This document shows, piece by piece, positions 16,106 to 22,172 of a stretch of DNA of 22,172 nucleotides. The stretch spans positions 1 to 22,172 of the forward strand of contig CAXGMD010000059.1 of the NCBI GenBank assembly GCA_964010765.1. The letters run 5' to 3'. Position 1 is the stretch's first letter; each line of letters opens with the position of its first letter. The notes under the pieces are model-generated. The model did not search any database. It was given only the letters and a program-made list of their open reading frames with translations, and was not told where the DNA came from. Source of the stretch: an uncultured bacterium. Lineage in GTDB: Bacteria > SAR324 > NAC60-12. Both the position numbers and the translations under genes were made by a program.

Positions 16106-18151
16106 TTAAAACGGACTTCCCGTGTTTTGCATCGTGCTGTATGGGGTCGAGGTATTGCCCAGTCCTAACTGCCCATCAGCATTCACTCCCCAGCAGTACA
16201 CCTGGTTGTTCTCCTCGTTGTATGCACATGCTGAAGACTGTCCAATCGCTACATCATCAAAAGTATAAGTTGAACCCCAGCCATTCGTTTCTGTTACTGT
16301 AACTGGGGTTGAAGAAGCAGCTGTTGACCCATCACCTAGATAGTAATTACCCCAACATTTCAGATCCAAGCGTTTATTTACAGCAGCACAAGCTGTCCCG
16401 TCTCCGACATAGATATCCAAGGCATCAGTGATATTTTGAACTTGGACGGGGTAATCTCTGCTTGTGGTTGTTCCCTCACCAAGCTGTCCGTTGCTATTTG
16501 CTCCCCAGCACCAGACTGTTCCATTATCTGTCAAGGCGCAGGTTGTCTGAGAGTAGGCTTCAATCTGAATGAAATTGCTGATGCCACCGGATACAGCAAC
16601 AGGCAACGAAGAGCCAGCACCACCAGTGACCCCACCAGTATTGGGAGCATTGTCTCCAAGCTGGTTGCTATTATCCCTGCCCCAACACCAAGCAGTACCA
16701 TTATCAACTACAGCACAGAGATGATCTTGTCCTGCTGCTAGATCAACAACATTTGTGATGCTTGGTGTTTTAAGACCCGCAGTAAATCCTTCTGTTCCAT
16801 CTCCATATGCCCCATACTGGCCATATCCCCAGCAACTGACAGTTCGATCTGAATTCAAGGCACATCCACCCTCTCGATGAATCACCAAATCATAGAAGGC
16901 TCCAGCAGAATGAGAGAGCCTCCAAATGCTTGAACTATTCATTATCCCGAAACCGTTGTCGTAGTTGATTCTTCCCCAACAAGTCACGTTGTCTCTGGTT
17001 GAGTTCATCACACAATTAGTATTTCGCTTGGTTTGCACTTGAAATGGACTTGTAGGAATCACTGAAGGCATCGCAATCGGTGTTGAAGTTGAGTTGTCCC
17101 CCAAATGTGTTGTGTTATCTGGAGCAGTGTCTGAGATTCTTGGATAGATTGGACCTGACCCGACTGTGACTGCCGCAGAATTGGACAGGTTGGTATCGCA
17201 TTTCCCATAGTTATCTCCAGCACAAGTATCATCACCCCATGCGTAAACAGTCCCTGTCGTATTATCGACAGCGATATAATACTTGAGACCCGCAGAAATA
17301 AGGCTGTCTTGTTGCCGACCCGTTCTGGAGTCATTGATGGTAGCTGTAATAGATTGGCTTCCCAAAGCCGCATAAGAGGCATCAACAGAACTTGAAATCG
17401 ATACCGTCACACCTGACCAACGAACACCATCAATAATATTATCTTCTACAGCAGTGATGGTGACCTCTTGAGGGGTTGACCAATCACTAGCTGTAAAGGT
17501 TAAGGAACTTGGTGATATGGTAGCTTCTCCAGTGTCTGTAGAGGTAATGCTCAGGACAACATTTGCCAACGGTTCACTGGTTAAAACAATAGAAAGATTG
17601 TCAGTGCCTCCTGATTCAGTAACAGAAGTAGAACTGTTAGTCTCTTTGCTGGTGAATCCCAGTGATTCACCAGCATCCATATTGGTGACGGTGACAGTTT
17701 GATTATCTAATGCAGTGTAGGTGGCGTCGGAGGAGTTATCAACGGAGATCGTGATAAATACTGTTTGAGAACCGTCTGCAAAATCATCATCTACTCCAGT
17801 GATGGTGACGGTTTGAACTGCTGACCAGTTACTCGATGTAAATGTGAGCGTACTTGCAGAGATAGTAGCTTCGCCAGTGTCATTATCAGAAAGATTAATC
17901 ACGACATTGCTCTCAGGTTCCGAGTCCAACTTGATCGTAAAACTGTCTGTAGTGAGAGTTTCGCTGACGCTTGCTGTGGTTTTGGAGAGGCTAACGCCAG
18001 GAGCAGGAGGTGGGGGTGGATAAATGGTGCTTTCAGCAGCGATAGTTTCCAGATCATCAGGTACAAAGCAACCAACTGGCAGCCAACAAAGACTGATGAG
18101 GAGCAGGATTGGTCCTCGCTTCTTGAATATTTCAGCAACTTTTTTGCTCAT
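16106..18151 (-). CDS. Second lipoprotein with two Ig-like repeats and a 7-bladed RCC1/BLIP-II propeller
   Basis: Seven (C/A)WG blades and two DTGEATIS.S.LTFT repeats. The frame is open from 18295, but ATG 18151 gives a lipoprotein-like signal (KKRGPILLLISLCWLPVG-C) followed by a poly-Pro linker. Start is uncertain. Confidence 0.87.
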   Translation of the reverse strand: MSKKVAEIFKKRGPILLLISLCWLPVGCFVPDDLETIAAESTIYPPPPPAPGVSLSKTTASVSETLTTDSFTIKLDSEPESNVVINLSDNDTGEATISASTLTFTSSNWSAVQTVTITGVDDDFADGSQTVFITISVDNSSDATYTALDNQTVTVTNMDAGESLGFTSKETNSSTSVTESGGTDNLSIVLTSEPLANVVLSITSTDTGEATISPSSLTFTASDWSTPQEVTITAVEDNIIDGVRWSGVTVSISSSVDASYAALGSQSITATINDSRTGRQQDSLISAGLKYYIAVDNTTGTVYAWGDDTCAGDNYGKCDTNLSNSAAVTVGSGPIYPRISDTAPDNTTHLGDNSTSTPIAMPSVIPTSPFQVQTKRNTNCVMNSTRDNVTCWGRINYDNGFGIMNSSSIWRLSHSAGAFYDLVIHREGGCALNSDRTVSCWGYGQYGAYGDGTEGFTAGLKTPSITNVVDLAAGQDHLCAVVDNGTAWCWGRDNSNQLGDNAPNTGGVTGGAGSSLPVAVSGGISNFIQIEAYSQTTCALTDNGTVWCWGANSNGQLGEGTTTSRDYPVQVQNITDALDIYVGDGTACAAVNKRLDLKCWGNYYLGDGSTAASSTPVTVTETNGWGSTYTFDDVAIGQSSACAYNEENNQVYCWGVNADGQLGLGNTSTPYSTMQNTGSPF

Positions 18152-18542
18152 TCCTACATTCGCCAAAGTTCTCTTCAAACTTTGGATTTGGTCTTCTAGC
18201 CCGGAGAACAGGTACTTAGAATGATGCTGATCTAACTGGTTGAGTGGCGGAGATTCGTTGTAAGAAAAATATATTTTGTCTAAATAATGTAACATATTTC
18301 TTATTTCCTATCATAATCTGATAAAAATTCGCAATGAATTCTCATTCTTCCGTTGAGACTCTGGACTTTCTGGTTCAATTGAAACGAATTAATCCCAAAT
18401 TCATACCGAAAAGTTTGATCAGTAGAAATTGACGTTGGTTGAGCGGAAGAGAATCAAAAAAAGCAAGAAGAATTTAGCTGAATTGCTGACAGGAAGATAA
18501 TGAAGCGCTAAGAACGCCAAGTTGAAATTGGTTATTCAAAAG

Positions 18543-18680
18543 TCAAAAAAAACTCGCCCTCGGGTCGATGGGACTGATGGGAACTCTCTCCCAATTCCAA
18601 ACAAGCATGAACGTTGTACTTGCGGCTGGTTCCAAGCGTGTCTGGCCCAGATTTTCATAGTTGAAGGTTTGGCTCTCCAA
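18543..18680 (-). pseudogene. Orphan C-terminal fragment paralogous to the 18716-19432 protein
   Basis: Translates as LESQTFNYENLGQTRLEPAASTTFMLVWNWERVPISPIDPRASFF*. It is 14/33 identical, ungapped, to LETRSFAYDGLGKTELQLEHSNMLLLIWNWNPV of the upstream gene. Preceded by an in-frame TGA. Confidence 0.8.
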
Positions 18681-18715
18681 TCAATACCTAGCGAATCGTA
18701 AAATGTTCGGGCTGC

Positions 18716-19432
18716 TTAACCTTCCAGATCCTCAAGGCGAATGAATTCAACAGGAAGTTTTATCGATGAAGAGACTGGGTTCCAGTTCCAGATCAGCAGT
18801 AACATGTTGCTATGTTCGAGCTGGAGTTCAGTCTTTCCTAAACCGTCATAGGCAAATGACCGAGTTTCCAGAAAATAATTTTGAGAAAAACCGATCCAGA
18901 ATCGTTTGGAGATCTCAAGGAGAATGTTGGTCCCGTAGGCTCCGATGTCTGTGAACCCTGTTTTTTTCGGGAAAGCTCTTTGGGTTCCGTCTTTCGCCGT
19001 GTGAGCCAAGCGGAAGCTGCCTTGCCCAAGGCCATAGGCTGCATAGGGCTGAATATGCAGAAAATCACCGATCAACCAGTCATAACCAAACGAATAAAGA
19101 ATGCTGAGACTGCGATACTCCAGATCGTAGGTTTGGCTATTGCTCTGCCCTCCGATGATTGAAAATTCCTGATTGATCAGGTGTAGCCCACTGAATAGGT
19201 TTGTTTTGGCATTGCGCTCCTGCCAAAACGTCAGTTCCTGTTGAGAACCATCCAGACCAACTGCAAGATCGTGATCTTGAATTGAAAAACTAGCCCGGGT
19301 TTCTCCAAACCCCAGCCAACTCAACTCTCTCTCGTTTGAAATGATGCCTTGTGCCTCACGTTGAGCTGAAAGCAGGAAGATCACAGCTACAAAAAAAGTT
19401 AATGGGGTGCGGAAAAGCCAGACGAGATGCAT
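18716..19432 (-). CDS. Exported protein, putative small outer-membrane beta-barrel
   Basis: N-terminal signal peptide (ending about AQG). Alternating aromatic/amphipathic strands: ILYSFGYDW, LHIQPYAAYGLG, AYGTNILLEISKRFWIGF. Confidence 0.65.
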   Translation of the reverse strand: MHLVWLFRTPLTFFVAVIFLLSAQREAQGIISNERELSWLGFGETRASFSIQDHDLAVGLDGSQQELTFWQERNAKTNLFSGLHLINQEFSIIGGQSNSQTYDLEYRSLSILYSFGYDWLIGDFLHIQPYAAYGLGQGSFRLAHTAKDGTQRAFPKKTGFTDIGAYGTNILLEISKRFWIGFSQNYFLETRSFAYDGLGKTELQLEHSNMLLLIWNWNPVSSSIKLPVEFIRLEDLEG

Positions 19433-19623
19433 TCAGTTGACTAATGAAACGAGTTAACCCTTCAGTAAAATTGATTTATCGCAGTCTCATGCAGCAACCA
19501 AGCCGGTAAAAACCCTGCTCAGGTCATCAAAATGACACAAAGACATCAGCCTGGGGGAGATGCCGGATCATCAAACTCTATGATGGGTCTTGCTGGTGTT
19601 CAGATTATGTTGAATTTGGAAGG

Positions 19624-20595
19624 CTAGTGCTGATCCGCTTCTTCTGGAAAGAAACAAGCAGCAGCAGGAAGCTTTTCAGGGAGGAGCGGGCGTTCTTGAC
19701 GGCAGCGATCTTGCGCTTTCCAACATCTAGGGGCAAAGACACAGCCGGGTGGCACATCGAGCGGGGAGGGAAGCTCTCCTTCGAGCTTGATCCGTTGTTT
19801 CTTGGCTTTTGGATCAGCAATCGGCGTCGCCGAGAGCAGAGCCTTGGTGTAAGGGTGTTGAGGACGTTGGAAGATGTCGTCCTTGGTACCGTGTTCCACA
19901 GGTCGTCCTAGATACATGACGATCACCTCATCGGCCATGTGACGCACCACAGATAGATCGTGACTAATGAACAGATAGGCCAGACCAAGTTGATCCTGGA
20001 GGTCGGTCAACAGGTTCAAAATCTGGCTCTGAATGGAGAGATCCAAGGCAGAGACGGGCTCATCGAGAACCAGCACCTTGGGATTGAGCATCAGCGCTCG
20101 GGCCACTGCAATCCGCTGGCGTTGACCCCCTGAAAACATGTGTGGGTAGCGCTCGAAGTGTTCTGGTCGCAGACCCACCTGCTGCATCATCTCTCGTGCT
20201 TGCTGAGTCCGTTCGGATGCAGTCAACTCTGGACGGTTGATCTTCAGCGGTTCTTCTAAAATCGAACCGATCCGTTGTCGCGGATTCAAGGAACCGTAGG
20301 GATCTTGAAAGACAATCTGCACACTCTCTCGCAAACGTCCCCAGCTTTCTGGAGTGGCTGGCTCCCCGTTGATTTGCAATGCTCCTGCTGTGGGTTCCTC
20401 AATCATCGTCACCAACCGTGCCAAGGTGGATTTTCCACAACCCGATTCTCCCACCACCGCGAGAGTCTTACCAGCTTGCAGACGGAAGTTGGCCTCCGTC
20501 AATGCTTGAGTGATCCTGGGTGGACTGAACAGGTGGCTCTTAACTTCATAATGCCGAGAGAGTCCCTGCGCCACTACGACGGTATCCGTGTTCAT
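19624..20595 (-). CDS. dppF: Dipeptide/oligopeptide ABC transporter ATP-binding subunit
   Basis: VGESGCGKST, FQDPYGSLNPR, YPHMFSGGQRQR, LDEPVSALD, HPYTKALL and GCVFAPRC. Likely start is ATG 20595 (MNTDT) with a GGAGG RBS and ATGA overlap with the dppD stop. Confidence 0.9.
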   Translation of the reverse strand: MNTDTVVVAQGLSRHYEVKSHLFSPPRITQALTEANFRLQAGKTLAVVGESGCGKSTLARLVTMIEEPTAGALQINGEPATPESWGRLRESVQIVFQDPYGSLNPRQRIGSILEEPLKINRPELTASERTQQAREMMQQVGLRPEHFERYPHMFSGGQRQRIAVARALMLNPKVLVLDEPVSALDLSIQSQILNLLTDLQDQLGLAYLFISHDLSVVRHMADEVIVMYLGRPVEHGTKDDIFQRPQHPYTKALLSATPIADPKAKKQRIKLEGELPSPLDVPPGCVFAPRCWKAQDRCRQERPLLPEKLPAAACFFPEEADQH

Positions 20596-20897
20596 TTGAC
20601 AACCCCCTCCATCGCTAGAGGAAAGTGACAGCGGGCAAAAGCAGCTTCGACCCCTAGCGGAGTAGGCTTTGTTTCCTGGCATCTCTGATTGGCGAACTGA
20701 CATCGCGGTGCGAAGAGACAACCTGACGGTCGATCAAATTGAACCGGTACGACTGCTAGAATTGTCAGTAGGTGCCTGCCGGTCGCACGCTCTGGAAGTG
20801 CTGCCAACAAGGCAGCTATGTAGGGGTGTCGCGGAGTTTCAAACAAGAATGAGACGGTTTGCTCTTCCACTTTCTGCCCTGCGTACTGTACCTGCAC
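20592..20897 (-). pseudogene. dppD: 3' remnant of a dipeptide ABC ATPase (oligo_HPY tail only)
   Basis: VQYAGQKVEEQ...PRHPYIAALLAALPERA...DRPSGCLFAPRCQFA..RC...ARCHFPL. No Walker A, signature or Walker B upstream. Confidence 0.85.
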
Positions 20898-20899
20898 CC

Positions 20900-21113
20900 A
20901 AAGGGATCGTTGCGTAGGACACAGTTGATGGCAGAGAAAGTCCCCCTCAAGTCGGAGTTGATCCGACCTTTCCGAGCGAACCAGCAGGAAACGGATGCTG
21001 TGATTGCGTTTCTGGTAGGTTTGACGGATCAAGGATTTCTCACTGACCCAGCGTTTGCCAATCCTTGGCCTCAGCATTATCCAGCTCAGGGTATTCCCGC
21101 AAGAGATGGATAG
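20900..21113 (+). pseudogene. 3' remnant of a di-heme cytochrome c peroxidase-family (MbnH/MauG-like) gene
   Basis: Reads DGRESP, then a +1 shift in the C5 run at 20942-20946, then LKSELIRPF...ETDAVIAFLVGLTDQGFLTDPAFANPW. This resembles the bCcP-family C-terminal AFLxxLTD..F..P.F.NPW tail. No CxxCH or start codon. Confidence 0.7.
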
Positions 21114-21335
21114 GAATGAAAACTGGCCACTTCCCCTTTTGCAGTGAAGGTAGCCGAGCTGCTAGACGTGAGAGATCTTCGATTGTGCAATGCTGAAGCT
21201 TTCACTGGCAGATTTTTCAGAGCTGGGCTAGGAAGCTAGACATTGAAAATTCACCTGGGATAAGTTCGGTTGTCCTTTGTTCTCACTTGGCTTACAGGAT
21301 CAGAAGACAGGTCTCTTCATCAGAAAGTCTCAACC

Positions 21336-22172
21336 ATGATCAATCTTGCAAACACCGATTTACAAATCTCACCGCTCTGTCTTGGCGGCAACGTCTTTGG
21401 CTGGACCGCTGATGTCAACAATTCAGAGGCAGTGCTCAGTCACTTCGTCGAAAATGGGGGAAACTTCATTGATACCGCTGATATGTACTCACAATGGGGA
21501 GACGGACACGTGGGGGGTGAATCAGAGAGGATCATTGGCAACTGGCTCAAGCCAAGAGGTGACCGCAGTTCCTTGGTGATTGCGACCAAGGTTGCCAAAA
21601 TGGACAAACGCCGAGGATTGTCTGCGCAGAACATTCGTGCCGCTTGTGAGGAGTCGCTGCAGAGACTGCAAACGGATTACATCGACTTGTACTATGCTCA
21701 CGAGGATGACCTGAAGACCCCGATTGAAGAGACCCTGGGAGCCTTTGATACGTTGATTCAGGAGGGCAAGGTGCGCTACATCGCCGCTTCAAACTTTACA
21801 GCTCCTCGCTTACAGGAATCAATCGAAATTGCCAAAAAAGCAGGTCTGGTTGCCTATGTGGCTGCCCAGGACCACTACAACCTGCTGGAGCGAGACTATG
21901 AAACCTCCCTTCGGCCTACACTGGCACAAAATTCACTCAGTCAATTGCCCTACTTTGGCTTGGCTCGTGGCTTTTTGACAGGCAAGTATCGACCTGGGAA
22001 AAGCGTCAGTTCTGTACGCTCTGGAGGAGTGGCTGGCTATCAGAATGCTCGTGGCTGGAATCTATTGGCTCAACTGGATGAACTAGCCCAACAACAACAA
22101 ACAACAGTGTCAGCTGTTGCCTTGGCCTGGTTGCGTGCTCAGCCGACAATTGCTGCTCCGATAGCCTCGGCT
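21336..22172 (+). CDS. Aldo/keto reductase (partial, runs off the window edge)
   Basis: Manual translation: MINLANTDLQISPLCLGGNVFGWTAD...NFIDTADMY...GESERIIGNW...IATKV...SLQRLQTDYIDLYYAH...GKVRYIAASN...GFLTGKYR. The catalytic D/Y/K/H tetrad motifs are present. Confidence 0.95.
   Translation, partial: MINLANTDLQISPLCLGGNVFGWTADVNNSEAVLSHFVENGGNFIDTADMYSQWGDGHVGGESERIIGNWLKPRGDRSSLVIATKVAKMDKRRGLSAQNIRAACEESLQRLQTDYIDLYYAHEDDLKTPIEETLGAFDTLIQEGKVRYIAASNFTAPRLQESIEIAKKAGLVAYVAAQDHYNLLERDYETSLRPTLAQNSLSQLPYFGLARGFLTGKYRPGKSVSSVRSGGVAGYQNARGWNLLAQLDELAQQQQTTVSAVALAWLRAQPTIAAPIASA

Noticed and set aside
14132..18295. Diversity-generating retroelement or shufflon acting on the RCC1 genes
   Set aside because: No reverse transcriptase or recombinase in the window. 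No near-identical TR/VR pair or inverted recombination sites seen. The paralogs are diverged throughout.
18152..18295. 48-aa N-terminal extension of the second RCC1 protein
   Set aside because: It would bury the lipoprotein-like signal peptide. The downstream ATG is preferred, though its RBS spacing is poor.
5911..18433. Exact short matches TCAGGAAACT (5911 and 11585) and GTAGAAATTGAC (6157 and 18422)
   Set aside because: Matches of 10-12 nt are expected by chance in 22 kb, and their positions relative to genes are not consistent.
20596..21077. Track starts at 20721 (dppF) and 21077 (161-aa ORF)
   Set aside because: The extensions read through the dppD remnant in another frame, or antisense to the peroxidase remnant.

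Overview
Bacterial chromosomal window. The gene style suggests a marine Gram-negative lineage such as SAR324, but this is inference only. 1-13418 is a likely phosphodiester-scavenging cluster. It has two paralogous, tandem minus-strand CUT1/UgpBAEC-like ABC importers (SBP, permease, permease, ATPase). One is followed by an endonuclease/exonuclease/phosphatase (EEP) gene; the other is divergent from a two-domain glycerophosphodiester phosphodiesterase. A partial MDR dehydrogenase sits at the left edge. 13480-19432 is an accessory surface module: a pentapeptide-repeat protein, two paralogous lipoproteins (two Ig-like stalk repeats plus a 7-bladed RCC1/BLIP-II propeller, rich in D-N-x-S/T), a small putative outer-membrane beta-barrel gene, and a 45-codon orphan copy of that barrel's C-terminus that is absent from the ORF track. 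19624-22172 holds an orphan dppF, a deletion scar joining a dppD 3' remnant back-to-back with a frameshifted di-heme cytochrome c peroxidase (MbnH-like) 3' remnant, and a partial aldo/keto reductase. No rRNA, tRNA, CRISPR array or transposase was recognised.
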